Source: Bdellovibrionota bacterium
GTDB lineage: Bacteria; Bdellovibrionota_C; UBA2361; JBIKUX01
Direction: 5' to 3'
Length of the DNA: 50,224 nucleotides
Assembly (NCBI GenBank): GCA_044347345.1
Contig: JBIKUX010000020.1
Span: forward strand, 1-50,224
In this document: piece after piece, positions 18,973-29,729 of the stretch
Position numbering within the stretch: the stretch's first letter is position 1
Layout of the letters: each line of letters opens with the position of its first letter
Notes under the pieces: generated by a model
What the model saw: only the letters and a program-made list of their open reading frames with translations
Told to the model about the DNA's origin: nothing
Databases searched by the model: none
Program-made: the position numbers and the translations under genes

Positions 18973-20460
18973 TTAGCCAACAAAACAGTAATTGTTATCA
19001 AAAAAACTTTCAGCTCGCTTCAAAAGCGCATTTATTTTTTGCTTATCCATACGATCAATCTGCTTGACCATTATGGCCATACGCGGATTACTGGCAAAAA
19101 CTTCACGATGAGTAATGATAAAACGCCAATACAAGGCATCCCAAACATTAGCCCACGGGCCATCAATGAAATCTGACATCTTACGGATGTAGTTAGAGCC
19201 ACTAATATAAGGTTTAGTTGTCATAGTACCGCCATCAGCATACTGACTCATGCCGTATACGTTAGGAACCATTACCCAATCGTAAGCATCAATGAACAAG
19301 CTCATAAACCACTCATAAACTTGATCGGGATGAATTTCACACAAAAGAAGAAAATTACCGACAATCATTAGCCTTTCGATATGGTGCAAGTAAGAAGTTT
19401 CATGAAGTCGTTTTACTGTATGATCAAAAGGTAAAATTCCAGTAGTGCCATTCCACAATGATGGAGTTAGTGACCGAGAAAATTTCCAAAAGTTCTTACT
19501 TCTTTGGTATCGACCCTGTCGAAGATACACAAGTCGCATATATTCACGCCAACCTATTACTTGGCGAATAAATCCCTCTAAAGAATTAAGTGGAGCAGTA
19601 TCTTGCCTGGCTAAAACAGCCTTGATGAGCTCATCTGGATTTATTAACCCCACATTGAGCATGGGAGTAAGAACACTGTGATATAAGATACCATCAGCGC
19701 GACTAATCGCATCCTCATAAATACCAAATAAATCGAGACGATAAGTGATAAATTCATCCAGCCACTTCCTAGCTTCAGAGGGAGTAATCGGATAGATGCA
19801 AGCCTCTACAGAGCCGGGATTATCAGGAAAATATCTGTTAACATAATCTTTTGCAGCCTCCATTATGCGGCTTACTTTACCCTCTCGATCGTAAACTTTC
19901 GGCTTTCCGCGTTCTATTTGATGCCCTTTAGGCAAGCGTTTTCTATTTTCAGTATCAAAACTCCATTTACCTCCATAGGGATCACCTTTGTGATCTAGAA
20001 GGATACCCAAACGTTTTCTTTGAGCTATGTAAAACTGAGTAAAAAAGAGCTTCTTTTTTGAACCTAATAAAATATCTCCATCTTCTCTGCTCGTAAGAAA
20101 ATTTGGCGAAGGTACGATCTGAATAGTTACTTTTTCTCTTTCTATAGCTTGATATATTTTTTGTTCAAGCCAATCATCATCAAGAGAGCAAACACAAACC
20201 GTAGTTATTCCTCCTATCGCTTTAATTACATTAGCGATATCACCACTGTCTGATAAAGCCTCAGCATCAACGTATTTAACCGGAACACTACATTCGCTAG
20301 CCCAAGCCTTCATAGAAGCTCGGTGAAAAGTCAATTTGGCTTTATGAAAAGGGTACTGCTTAAAAAAAAGCGGATCCTCAACTAATATAACCGTTTTCAC
20401 CTCAACCAGAGCGGGGTGAGGTGAAAACAGTTGATGAGGATATACAAGACCGACTCTCAC
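18973..20460 (-). CDS. Cryptochrome/photolyase family, prokaryotic (6-4) photolyase (FeS-BCP clade) lacking Fe-S cysteines
   Basis: YPHQLF, HKAKLTFHRASM, GGKWSFDTENRK, EGFIRQVIGWREY, YLHHIERLM, MSQYADGGTMTTKPY. Confidence 0.92.
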   Translation of the reverse strand: MRVGLVYPHQLFSPHPALVEVKTVILVEDPLFFKQYPFHKAKLTFHRASMKAWASECSVPVKYVDAEALSDSGDIANVIKAIGGITTVCVCSLDDDWLEQKIYQAIEREKVTIQIVPSPNFLTSREDGDILLGSKKKLFFTQFYIAQRKRLGILLDHKGDPYGGKWSFDTENRKRLPKGHQIERGKPKVYDREGKVSRIMEAAKDYVNRYFPDNPGSVEACIYPITPSEARKWLDEFITYRLDLFGIYEDAISRADGILYHSVLTPMLNVGLINPDELIKAVLARQDTAPLNSLEGFIRQVIGWREYMRLVYLRQGRYQRSKNFWKFSRSLTPSLWNGTTGILPFDHTVKRLHETSYLHHIERLMIVGNFLLLCEIHPDQVYEWFMSLFIDAYDWVMVPNVYGMSQYADGGTMTTKPYISGSNYIRKMSDFIDGPWANVWDALYWRFIITHREVFASNPRMAIMVKQIDRMDKQKINALLKRAESFFDNNYCFVG

Positions 20461-20468
20461 TTAGGTAT

Positions 20469-22529
20469 TTACCCAAGAAGTGGAGCAATAAGTAGTGCTA
20501 CCATTGATACAAGTTTTATTAAAATATTTAGCGATGGCCCCGAAGTATCTTTAAATGGATCGCCAACAGTATCACCCACAACCGCCGCTTTGTGTAATTC
20601 AGACCCCTTACGTTCACCGTCTACCAAACCTTGTTCAATGAATTTCTTTGCATTATCCCAAGCTCCACCCGCGTTTGCCATAAACAAGGCTAGAACAACT
20701 GAAACAACAGTTGTTCCAAGTAATAATCCAGCTAGGGCATCTGCCCCTAAAATAAACCCCACCAAAACTGGAACCGCTATCGAAATCAACCCAGGAGCAA
20801 GCATTTCGGTAAGAGCAGCCTCTGTAGAAATAGAAACACACTTTCCTACTTCAGGCTTTGCATCTGCACGGCCTTCAAGGAGTCCTGGTATATCTCTAAA
20901 TTGCCGCCTTATCTCTTCAACCATTTTAGTTGCGGCTCGACCTACAGCATTCATGGTAATTGAGGCAACAACACCTGCAAGCGAAGCTCCGATAAGCACG
21001 CCAACAGTTAAGAAAGGATTAGTTACTCTTAAATCCAATGCAGCTCCAGCATTACGTATCACCGTTTCACTAAAAGCATTGAATAGCGATAACGCTGTGA
21101 GCGTAGCTGAACAAACGGCAAAGCCTTTACCAATCGCAGCCGTGGTGTTTCCAGCGGCATCTAACCTGTCAGTAATTCCGCGAGCTTCCTCACCAAGCTC
21201 TGCCATCTCTGATATACCACCTGCGTTATCAGCTATTGGACCATACGCATCGATAGTCATAACTATGCATGTTGTTGCTAGCATACCCACAGCAGCCAGC
21301 GCGATGCCGTATACCCCAGCAAAGAAGTAAGCTACTAGGACACATACGCTAATAACCCAAAGAGGAGCAATAACACTCTTAAAGCCAACAGCTAACCCAG
21401 CTATTATGTTAGTAGCAGGGCCAGTTTTTGAGGCTTTAATGATATCAAAAACTGGCTTGGATGCTGTGTAAAATTCAGCAATAAGCCCAATAGAGACGCC
21501 ACATATTGCACCAAAAAGAACAGCAAACCATTGAGAAAAAGATAAACCAAAGGCCTTCGCAAAGATAAAATATACAAATGCTAGTAATAGAAATACACCG
21601 GTTGACATCAGTGTAGCATTACGTAACAGGAGCTTTGGCTCTGCGTCTGGCTGAATCCGCATAAAACGCACACCTATAAATGAGCCAATAAGCCCCAAAA
21701 TTGCAAGAATAAAGGGAGTGATCATTAGTCCGAAGCGATATGTTGCTACCTCAGATGCTGGAGATCCCTCTTGATAACTGGTAACGACTCCAAGCAGAGC
21801 AGGCGCCATGGTAGCACCAATTACGGCACACCCGACCAAAGAATTTACATATGATTCAAAAATATCTGCCCCCATTCCAGCAACATCCCCGACATTGTCA
21901 CCAACATTGTCAGCTATAACACCGGGATTACGTGGGTCATCTTCAGGAATGCCTGCCTCTACCTTTCCAACTAAGTCAGCACCAACATCAGCGGCCTTAG
22001 TATAAATTCCCCCGCCTACCCTTGCAAAAAGAGCAACTGTTGTTGCACCAACTCCAAAGCCAACTAGGGGGGACTCAATATGTTCTAGACCAAAACTAAA
22101 CAGTGCAACGCCTAGACCCAGTAGACCAATGCTTGCCACAGCAAACCCCATGACGGAGCCTCCATCAAAGGCAATAAGTAAGGCATCTTTTGCTCGTTTT
22201 TCTGAAGCAGCAAATGCGGTTCTCCCGTTAGCGGCTGTAGCGGCGTGCATTCCAATGAAACTTGTGCCCAGAGAAGACAAGGAACCGAATACATAAAAGG
22301 CCGCCGTGGCAAAGCCAAGCCCTAACCATACTAAAAGAAAAACTACCGCAGTAAATACTAGTAAATACTGAGACTCCTTGGTTAAAAAGGCCAGAGCTCC
22401 TTCTCTTATCTGCCGGGTAATACCGCGAATACGGTCGTTACCTTCCGGCTTCTGGGTAACAGTTCGGTAGGTATTATAAGCGTAAACTAAGCCACAAACA
22501 CCGCTAATTGGAACTACATATTCTATCAT
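20469..22529 (-). CDS. hppA: K+-dependent membrane-bound ion-translocating pyrophosphatase (probably Na+-pumping)
   Basis: [76 protein letters not shown]. Confidence 0.96.
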   Translation of the reverse strand: MIEYVVPISGVCGLVYAYNTYRTVTQKPEGNDRIRGITRQIREGALAFLTKESQYLLVFTAVVFLLVWLGLGFATAAFYVFGSLSSLGTSFIGMHAATAANGRTAFAASEKRAKDALLIAFDGGSVMGFAVASIGLLGLGVALFSFGLEHIESPLVGFGVGATTVALFARVGGGIYTKAADVGADLVGKVEAGIPEDDPRNPGVIADNVGDNVGDVAGMGADIFESYVNSLVGCAVIGATMAPALLGVVTSYQEGSPASEVATYRFGLMITPFILAILGLIGSFIGVRFMRIQPDAEPKLLLRNATLMSTGVFLLLAFVYFIFAKAFGLSFSQWFAVLFGAICGVSIGLIAEFYTASKPVFDIIKASKTGPATNIIAGLAVGFKSVIAPLWVISVCVLVAYFFAGVYGIALAAVGMLATTCIVMTIDAYGPIADNAGGISEMAELGEEARGITDRLDAAGNTTAAIGKGFAVCSATLTALSLFNAFSETVIRNAGAALDLRVTNPFLTVGVLIGASLAGVVASITMNAVGRAATKMVEEIRRQFRDIPGLLEGRADAKPEVGKCVSISTEAALTEMLAPGLISIAVPVLVGFILGADALAGLLLGTTVVSVVLALFMANAGGAWDNAKKFIEQGLVDGERKGSELHKAAVVGDTVGDPFKDTSGPSLNILIKLVSMVALLIAPLLG

Positions 22530-22807
22530 AGAACCTGTCCTTGCATATCAGACTGCACCTAACCGCAACTACACTTTTTTTTCGACCTTAACAATATCCT
22601 TCTAAGTTGCAAGAAATTATTCTGTTGGCAACTAACCATCATTAATTTATTTCAACAAAATTCAAATTACTATCAGTAGCTCGAATACTCATAAAAAAAA
22701 ATATGCTACTCTCTTTTAACAAAGGAAGTATGCCTTTCCCGAAAATAAACCATAAGGTTTACTTTTTAGTAAAACTGACATTGCTTTTAATCAAAATCTG
22801 AGACTTT

Positions 22808-24619
22808 ATGACCACCACCGCTAACATTCGTAATATAGCCATTATCGCACATGTAGATCATGGTAAGACTACCCTTGTAGATCAGCTTTTCAGGCAATCG
22901 GGAACTCTCTCCGCTTCTTCCGCCGGAGAAGAGCGCATGATGGACAATCTTGAGCTCGAAAAAGAGCGTGGTATCACCATCGCTGCTAAAAACTGCTCAG
23001 TAAAATGGGAAGGCACAAAGATAAATATCTTAGATACTCCAGGCCACGCTGATTTTGGTGGCGAAGTTGAACGAGCACTAATGATGGTAGACGGAGCCGT
23101 GCTTCTGGTTGATTCAGCCGAAGGACCTCTTCCACAAACAAGATTTGTGCTAGGCAAGGCGCTTGCGCGTTCTTTGCCGCTTATAGTCGTTGTAAACAAA
23201 ATCGATCGTAAAGATTCTCGTCCTAAGGAAGTGTTAGACGCTGTATACGATCTATTTATCGACCTCGGTGCAAATGAAGATCAACTTGAATTTCCAGTTA
23301 TATATGCCATTGGACGAGATGGCATCGCATCTCGCTCGCTAGAGCAGAGAGGCACTGATTTAAGTCCTCTTTTTTCCCTTATTGTTGACCATATACCCCC
23401 TCCGGCTCCTCTAGTTTCAATTGAAGAACCTGATTCTTTTCGCATGGTAGTACTTGATCTTGGTTACTCTAACTATCTGGGACGACTTGCAGTTGGTAAA
23501 GTTTTGACAGGTAGTGCAAAAAGCTCCGACCGTCTTGTATGTTTAGGTATGAATGGCAGTATTGCGCCTATTAAATCGGCTAAACTTCAAGTTTACGAAG
23601 GTTTGTCGATGATAGATATAAACGAAGCACCTAACGGCGAGATAGTTATTGTAGGGGGGGCTGAGGCCGTAACTATTGGTGATACCATCGCTGCTGCGGG
23701 CACAACCATTCCTCTTCCCAGAGTTACAATCGATGAACCTACTATTGCTATGCGTTTTTCTGCCAATGACTCGCCTTTTTCTGGGAGAGACGGCAAGTTT
23801 GTACAACCTCAACGTATATATGAGCGACTTTACCGTGAGACTCTTCGTAACGTTTCTCTGGTACTTGAAGGAGATGCTTCAGGCAGTAGCTTTGTTGTGA
23901 AGGGGCGAGGCGAGTTTCAAATGGCTATCCTTGTCGAAACTATGCGACGAGAAGGTTATGAAGTACAGCTTGGCCGACCTCAGGTAATAATGAGACAAGA
24001 AAACGGTACTACCTTCGAACCTATTGAGCATGTAACTATTGATACAGACGAGCAGTATGTTGGGGTAGTCACAGAAAAACTATCTCGCAGAAAAGGTCGC
24101 CTTGTTAACCTTGTTCACGGCGGAACAGGCCGCAGTAAATTGGAATTCTCGGTGCCATCACGAGGACTGATAGGTTATCGTAATGAATTCCTTACCGACA
24201 CGCGTGGTACAGGCATCCTACATGCATACGTAGAGGGATACGAAGAGTTTCGAGGTGAAGTAATATCAAGAGTAAATGGATCTCTTGTTGCTGACCGATT
24301 TGGTGACGCAGTAGCCTACGCTTTATTTAATTTAGAACCTCGTGGTCGCATGTTTGTCAAACCGGGGGAACCTGTCTATCCAGGCATGGTAATTGGAGAA
24401 CACAACAGAGATAATGACCTGTTGGTAAATCCTTGCAAAACAAAAAAACTCACCAACATTAGGGCTGCTGGAAGAGATGAAAATGTTACGCTTACACCAA
24501 TTACTCCAATCACCCTTGAACAAGCCATAGAGTTTATAGCTGACGATGAGCTAGTTGAAGTTACCCCAAATGCTATCAGAATCCGCAAAATTGAGTTACC
24601 AAGAGCCAGAGGTGATTAA
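22808..24619 (+). CDS. typA: Translational GTPase TypA/BipA
   Basis: IRNIAIIAHVDHGKTTLVD, ERGITI, DTPGHADFGGEVER, GRGEFQM, KKLTNIRAAG, DELVEVTP. Confidence 0.97.
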   Translation: MTTTANIRNIAIIAHVDHGKTTLVDQLFRQSGTLSASSAGEERMMDNLELEKERGITIAAKNCSVKWEGTKINILDTPGHADFGGEVERALMMVDGAVLLVDSAEGPLPQTRFVLGKALARSLPLIVVVNKIDRKDSRPKEVLDAVYDLFIDLGANEDQLEFPVIYAIGRDGIASRSLEQRGTDLSPLFSLIVDHIPPPAPLVSIEEPDSFRMVVLDLGYSNYLGRLAVGKVLTGSAKSSDRLVCLGMNGSIAPIKSAKLQVYEGLSMIDINEAPNGEIVIVGGAEAVTIGDTIAAAGTTIPLPRVTIDEPTIAMRFSANDSPFSGRDGKFVQPQRIYERLYRETLRNVSLVLEGDASGSSFVVKGRGEFQMAILVETMRREGYEVQLGRPQVIMRQENGTTFEPIEHVTIDTDEQYVGVVTEKLSRRKGRLVNLVHGGTGRSKLEFSVPSRGLIGYRNEFLTDTRGTGILHAYVEGYEEFRGEVISRVNGSLVADRFGDAVAYALFNLEPRGRMFVKPGEPVYPGMVIGEHNRDNDLLVNPCKTKKLTNIRAAGRDENVTLTPITPITLEQAIEFIADDELVEVTPNAIRIRKIELPRARGD

Positions 24620-24641
24620 TTTTTTGTACTTTGGGAAGACC

Positions 24642-25496
24642 ATGCCATTATTTTTTTTAACTACCACAAAGTTAGTTTTTTCTGCTTTAATTTTCTTCAC
24701 AGCTACAAAGATTAATGCAGAATCGAAGTTTAGAAGCTCTCTCCTCCTGTCCGATAAAAACGACGATGGTGAAGTTAGATATCTTGGTTTTGGTGATAGC
24801 ATCACTTTTGGTGTAGGAGACGGAACTGCTCCGGGTGAACCTGTTAGTCAAGTACCTTTTACCGATGGTTCCAAAGGATATATAGCTCGGTTAACTAATT
24901 GGGTCGGTATATCAGCAATCAACGGTGGAGTGCCCGGTGAGGTTTTTACTACCGGTGGAATATACCGATTACCAAAAGAGGTAAACAAAAATAATCCGGA
25001 TATAGTTGGCATTTTTGAAGGAGCTAATGACGCTATTTTCCAAGTTTCAATTGAACAATATGAGAGATACATGCAAAGGGCTGTAAATTATCTCCGCGCC
25101 TCTGGAAAAACAGCTTTACTTATTACTCTTCCAAAACCGTGCTGTAATCGCTCTGGATCAGCTTTTTTTACCTCCGCTTACTCATCAGCTACAAGAAATA
25201 TCGCTTCTATTAATCAAGTTCCACTTGTTGACCTAGAGCGTGGATGGGATTTAGCGTGTGGCAATGATGGCGCTTCTTGCACCCTATTTAACTTACCAGA
25301 GGGATTACATCCTAATATTCGGGGTTATGATTTAATTTCTCAAATGATTGCAGGTGCACTTTACGGATTAGATGTTTTTGATCCGGAAGAATCGTCTGTG
25401 CTCGCTAACATGCTAGGGATTCCCGAGGACAAAATGGTTCTACATTCTACCATTTCACTCTTGAGTCAATCTCAGTTAACAAAGACACTTAATTAA
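24642..25496 (+). CDS. Secreted SGNH/GDSL hydrolase
   Basis: GFGDSITFG block I, NGGVPGE block II, GANDA block III, EGLHPN block V; in-frame ATG at 24642 gives a signal peptide and avoids overlap with typA. Confidence 0.82.
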   Translation: MPLFFLTTTKLVFSALIFFTATKINAESKFRSSLLLSDKNDDGEVRYLGFGDSITFGVGDGTAPGEPVSQVPFTDGSKGYIARLTNWVGISAINGGVPGEVFTTGGIYRLPKEVNKNNPDIVGIFEGANDAIFQVSIEQYERYMQRAVNYLRASGKTALLITLPKPCCNRSGSAFFTSAYSSATRNIASINQVPLVDLERGWDLACGNDGASCTLFNLPEGLHPNIRGYDLISQMIAGALYGLDVFDPEESSVLANMLGIPEDKMVLHSTISLLSQSQLTKTLN

Positions 25497-25522
25497 GCAC
25501 CCACTTTAACTAAAAATACACC

Positions 25523-26308
25523 ATGATTAGTCGCACTATTACAACGCTACTATTTTTGATGTCTATCAGTATCTCTATTTCCGCTTGTGGCGGCGGTGGG
25601 CAGTCTTCTTCTTCTGATAGTGATAAAAATAGTGACTCTGATAATTTGGCTATCAAGCAGGGTATTCGTATTGTGCACGCGGCGATTGATGGTAGCCCTA
25701 TTGATGTTTTATTAAAGACAGAAGAAAAAGGGCTTACTCCCATCGGCACAACAAGGTTTAATCAAGCAAATACCTTCTATCTACCAAAAGGGACAGCTAC
25801 TATCGCCTTAGCTGCTCATGGTGCAGGAGGTGGTAATAGACTACCCATATCTGAATTTCAAATAACTACAACAGAAGATCAGAAATCGAGCATACTCATA
25901 GCTGGACACCCAAACAAAACTTTTGATACGGTTCTTTTAGTACCACCACTACCTACTACCACATATAAAACCACCCCTAACAATGGTAACGATACTCAAA
26001 AAGTTTCTATTCGATTCGTGCACGGTATCTCTCGAGCTAATGAGATTATTGCACTAGCTAATGGGGTACCGGTTACCAAAGTTAAGTACGGTCAAGTGTC
26101 TTCTGTCATTTATTTACCGGTATCTCCTGAGATATCAATCACCTTAGTGCGAGCTGTAGACTATCTTTCTCTTGGGACTATCACTCTTAACACTAAAGGA
26201 GGCCTTAATGCCGGAGGAGATATTAACGGAAAAGGAGGAGATGTTTGGACTATTTTTGCTGGAGGTGAGGCCGAATACTATACTTTTATCAGTAAGTTTG
26301 CAGACTAG
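25523..26308 (+). CDS. DUF4397-like lipoprotein
   Basis: Lipobox ISAC-GGGG; two repeats of the IR(I/F)VH(A/G) strand motif typical of DUF4397. Confidence 0.7.
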   Translation: MISRTITTLLFLMSISISISACGGGGQSSSSDSDKNSDSDNLAIKQGIRIVHAAIDGSPIDVLLKTEEKGLTPIGTTRFNQANTFYLPKGTATIALAAHGAGGGNRLPISEFQITTTEDQKSSILIAGHPNKTFDTVLLVPPLPTTTYKTTPNNGNDTQKVSIRFVHGISRANEIIALANGVPVTKVKYGQVSSVIYLPVSPEISITLVRAVDYLSLGTITLNTKGGLNAGGDINGKGGDVWTIFAGGEAEYYTFISKFAD

Positions 26309-26394
26309 CTCCACTGTGTTCTGTTATACGCTCAATTAAATTTGAACCGCTTTTTAAAATTTCACCATCTTTAGCATCAAGGGAAATTCATAAA

Positions 26395-27456
26395 ATGCAG
26401 TATCTTAATCAAGAGCTAATACTAAAAATTTGCGTTTTACCAACTGCCTCTGCAGAAGAAGTACTCATACGGCTTCAATCATCTGGACTCGGAATTTGTA
26501 TAGTTACATCTGAACAAGGCGCTATTGTCGGCACTATAACTGATGGAGATTGTCGACGAGCTTTCCTTAGAGGCGAATCAATTAGTACTACAGCAGATAG
26601 GATAATGAACACGAGATTCATCGTTGTTGACGAATCTTTAACTTTGCCACAAATAGAATCAATTATGGACAAAAACGGTATTGAACAAATACCAGTGGTC
26701 AATCAATCAAATTGCTTAGTTAATATTGCTCTAAGGAAGCAGCGTCATCAAAATGCACTCAAATGCAAAAGTAATCCCGTAGTTATACTTGCTGGTGGTA
26801 AAGGAAAGAGACTGTTACCTCTAACCGAAAATACACCGAAACCCATGCTTAAAGTTGGAGACCAGCCGGTTTTAGAGCATATTCTTTCGTCTATTATCGC
26901 TCATGGATTTGAGCACATATATTTTTCAGTGAATTATTTGGCAAAAGTAATAGAAAACTATTTCGGTGATGGTAGTAAGTGGGGCTGTAACATAACTTAT
27001 ATAAGAGAGGAAAAAGAACTCGGCACTGCCGGACCACTCAGTTTACTAGACTATGACGGCAATGACAGCATCATAGTAATAAATGGCGATGTTATCACTA
27101 AAGCTAATTTTAATAATTTACTGGATTACCATTTGACTGAACAAAACACCGCCACCATCTGCTCTTTCTCCCATCAAGTTGAGATACCCTTTGGTGTAAT
27201 CTCACTTAAACAAAATGGAAAAATAAGAGAAATCATCGAAAAACCATCATACTCAGTACCAGTAAGTGCAGGAATTTACGTTTTAGAACCTTCATTGTTA
27301 CCACTTATTTCGCCTCACACATTTTTCACCATGCCACAGCTTATCGATGAGGCTTTAAATCAGGGGGCAACTATCGGATGTTTTCATCTCCATGAAATCT
27401 GGCAGGACATTGGAACCCCTTTACAATATCTTCAAGCTAAAAAGATGCTAAGTTAA
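26395..27456 (+). CDS. CBS-domain sugar-phosphate nucleotidyltransferase
   Basis: N-terminal CBS pair (GTITDGDCRR, IMN, QIPVVN); ILAGGKGKRLLPLTENTPKPML, ELGTAGPL, NGDV, WQDIG. Confidence 0.88.
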   Translation: MQYLNQELILKICVLPTASAEEVLIRLQSSGLGICIVTSEQGAIVGTITDGDCRRAFLRGESISTTADRIMNTRFIVVDESLTLPQIESIMDKNGIEQIPVVNQSNCLVNIALRKQRHQNALKCKSNPVVILAGGKGKRLLPLTENTPKPMLKVGDQPVLEHILSSIIAHGFEHIYFSVNYLAKVIENYFGDGSKWGCNITYIREEKELGTAGPLSLLDYDGNDSIIVINGDVITKANFNNLLDYHLTEQNTATICSFSHQVEIPFGVISLKQNGKIREIIEKPSYSVPVSAGIYVLEPSLLPLISPHTFFTMPQLIDEALNQGATIGCFHLHEIWQDIGTPLQYLQAKKMLS

Positions 27457-27512
27457 AATTTTAATAATCTCACCGAAATACTCATCATCCACCAGCTCTA
27501 CTACACCTAAAG

Positions 27513-28733
27513 TTACGCATCTAAGTTGAGTTCTTCCAGTGAAACTAGCCCAGATTTTCTCATCTGAAATAAGGTAAGCAACTCTGCCGGCCCTACCAAG
27601 CTGACAGATATACCATCTCTTCCAGCTCGTCCGGTTCGCCCAGAGCGATGAGTATAAGATTCAATAGTTTCAGGTAAAGAGTAATGAATAACTAGATCTA
27701 CATGGTCAATATCAAGCCCTCGAGCTGCTACGTCTGTTGCTACCATTACATCTATAGCCTCATCTCTAAATTGCCGTAAAACTGAATCACGCTTTGATTG
27801 CGGTAGATCAGAATTTATTTTAACCAGGTTTACCCCTCTCTTACGCAAAACAACTTCAACAAAATCAGTATCTGATTTGGTATTACAGAAAATTATCGAG
27901 GATCTCGGCGTAAATTTTGCAATAACCTTTTCGGTAGCATCAATTTTTGCAAGTAACATATCAGCTACCTTAAAATAAAAGTGCTCAATTTTCCCGCGTG
28001 AATTTTCTCCTTCATCAAAGTCAGATACAATGACTTTTTCATATCTATTCAGATACTTACCAGCTAACATTGTTACTCGATCAGAAAGTGTAGCACTCGT
28101 AAAAATACCCTGACTCCCATTGGGTATTTCACGAAGGATTCGCTCAACCTCGTCAAAAAACCCCATGGATAACATCTCATCAGCTTCATCGAGCACAAAA
28201 AAACGAGCAGATCTGAGAGTAATTTGACCTCTTTTCATAAGATCGATAATTCGACCCGGAGTTCCTACAACCACACGAGCATCAAGAGCAATTGCCTTTA
28301 TCTGCTTATCAATACCGGCACCACCAATAGCAATAACCGGAGAAAACATATCCTGAATTATCGTTAAAACCTCAGCTATCTGTTGAGCTAGCTCTCGCGT
28401 GGGTGCCACAATGATTCCAACAGTTTGTGACTGAAATGAGGCCGCAGCTACATGAGCCATTAGCGGTAAGGCATAACTTAAAGTTTTACCGCTCCCCGTA
28501 CGAGCCTGAACAAGTAAGTTATGCCCTTGTAAAGATAATGGCAGCGATGCTTGCTGAACGGGAGTTAAAATAGAGAAGCCTAGTCGATTAAATGCTTGTG
28601 CAGCAAATGGGGAAAACGCACAAATATCCTGAACGGTTACCGAATCCTTCTGAATTGCATCTTTGGCTAGTTTTTTATCTATCGATTCTAATTCGGCGGA
28701 TTTAGAGGAAGCGACACTATCGTTATTTTTCAT
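27513..28733 (-). CDS. DEAD-box RNA helicase
   Basis: TPVQ, ARTGSGKT, PTRELAQQ, TPGR, LDEADEML, SAT, ATDVAARGLD, HRSGRTGRAG. Confidence 0.94.
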   Translation of the reverse strand: MKNNDSVASSKSAELESIDKKLAKDAIQKDSVTVQDICAFSPFAAQAFNRLGFSILTPVQQASLPLSLQGHNLLVQARTGSGKTLSYALPLMAHVAAASFQSQTVGIIVAPTRELAQQIAEVLTIIQDMFSPVIAIGGAGIDKQIKAIALDARVVVGTPGRIIDLMKRGQITLRSARFFVLDEADEMLSMGFFDEVERILREIPNGSQGIFTSATLSDRVTMLAGKYLNRYEKVIVSDFDEGENSRGKIEHFYFKVADMLLAKIDATEKVIAKFTPRSSIIFCNTKSDTDFVEVVLRKRGVNLVKINSDLPQSKRDSVLRQFRDEAIDVMVATDVAARGLDIDHVDLVIHYSLPETIESYTHRSGRTGRAGRDGISVSLVGPAELLTLFQMRKSGLVSLEELNLDA

Positions 28734-28875
28734 TAGTAAAGCATTAAATTGTTTGTCTTAAAAATACCAGTAACATAATTATCTTGATGACTCAGAGATA
28801 CGCCTCTTATAATAGCTTTTTTTTCTCGTGCTACTAGCTATCGTTATGATAAAGTATATCGCTTGGTAAAAAACC

Positions 28876-29685
28876 ATGGCTACATCAACTACTACATCAA
28901 ACTACACGACTAATCATTCTGACCGATCTAATCGATCTAAATCTATTTGGTATAACTGGTTCAATCACACTTCTATAAAAGGCCAAAAAAAATCTGTGGG
29001 GCTTACTCAGCGTGTTGTTGGTATTTTTATAGCAACGTTTTTAAAAGCACTAAGCCGCACTTATAGAGTAGAGCTAATCGGTTTTGATACTCTACCTAAA
29101 TCTCCTCTTATTTTCGCAATTTATCACGGAGACCAATTAGTTCTCACTCCGTTAAGAAAACAAATCTTACAGTTAAACAACAGGCCTCTAGTAGTGCCTT
29201 CTAGTCAGCACAAAGACGGAAGACTTGCTGCGGCAGTAGCAGAGTTTCTAGGACTAGAAACAGTCGAAGGTTCAACATCTCGCGGAGCAATAACGGCTTA
29301 TCGCGGATTAATTAAAGCTATAAATGCAGAAAAAAACGTTGTTATTACCGTTGATGGTCCAAGAGGTCCCTACGGCTCTGTTGCACCGGGGATTCTTCAC
29401 TTAGCTGCACATTCGGGCTATCCGATTGTTCCTATAGGAGCTGCAGCAAACAGGTCTTTAACATTTAACTCTTGGGATCGAATGTTTCTTCCACTACCGT
29501 TTGGGCGAGTGAGAATTATAGCCGGAGAGCCTTACAAGTTACCTAACCGTTCAATATCAGGTAGGGCTAAAGCAAGCAAAATCTCGATTGATGTAGGCAG
29601 CCAAACTAAAAAACTAGCATTCAGTCTCACTAATGTTAAGAACATAGCTTCTAGCCCATTTAACTTGATCAATTCGTCTTTCTAG
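28876..29685 (+). CDS. DUF374-family (LpxJ-like) acyltransferase
   Basis: FAIYHGDQL, SQHKDG, GSTSRG, TVDGPRGP, SWDRMFLPLPFG. Confidence 0.85.
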   Translation: MATSTTTSNYTTNHSDRSNRSKSIWYNWFNHTSIKGQKKSVGLTQRVVGIFIATFLKALSRTYRVELIGFDTLPKSPLIFAIYHGDQLVLTPLRKQILQLNNRPLVVPSSQHKDGRLAAAVAEFLGLETVEGSTSRGAITAYRGLIKAINAEKNVVITVDGPRGPYGSVAPGILHLAAHSGYPIVPIGAAANRSLTFNSWDRMFLPLPFGRVRIIAGEPYKLPNRSISGRAKASKISIDVGSQTKKLAFSLTNVKNIASSPFNLINSSF

Positions 29686-29697
29686 ACGCTCTTCCAA

Positions 29698-29729
29698 GAA
29701 AAAAACTTAGGAAAAGATAAGTTTTTTTC
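29698..29729. promoter_or_regulatory. Perfect 12-bp inverted repeat upstream of pilin operon (operator or terminator)
   Basis: GAAAAAAACTTA (29698-29709), 8-nt loop, TAAGTTTTTTTC (29718-29729). Confidence 0.45.

Noticed and set aside
20431..21330. 299-aa plus-strand ORF
   Set aside because: Lies antisense to the highly conserved hppA; Ser/Ala/Pro-rich shadow frame with no motif.
24555..24641. Long overlap of the SGNH ORF with typA
   Set aside because: The downstream ATG at 24642 yields a plausible signal peptide without overlap.
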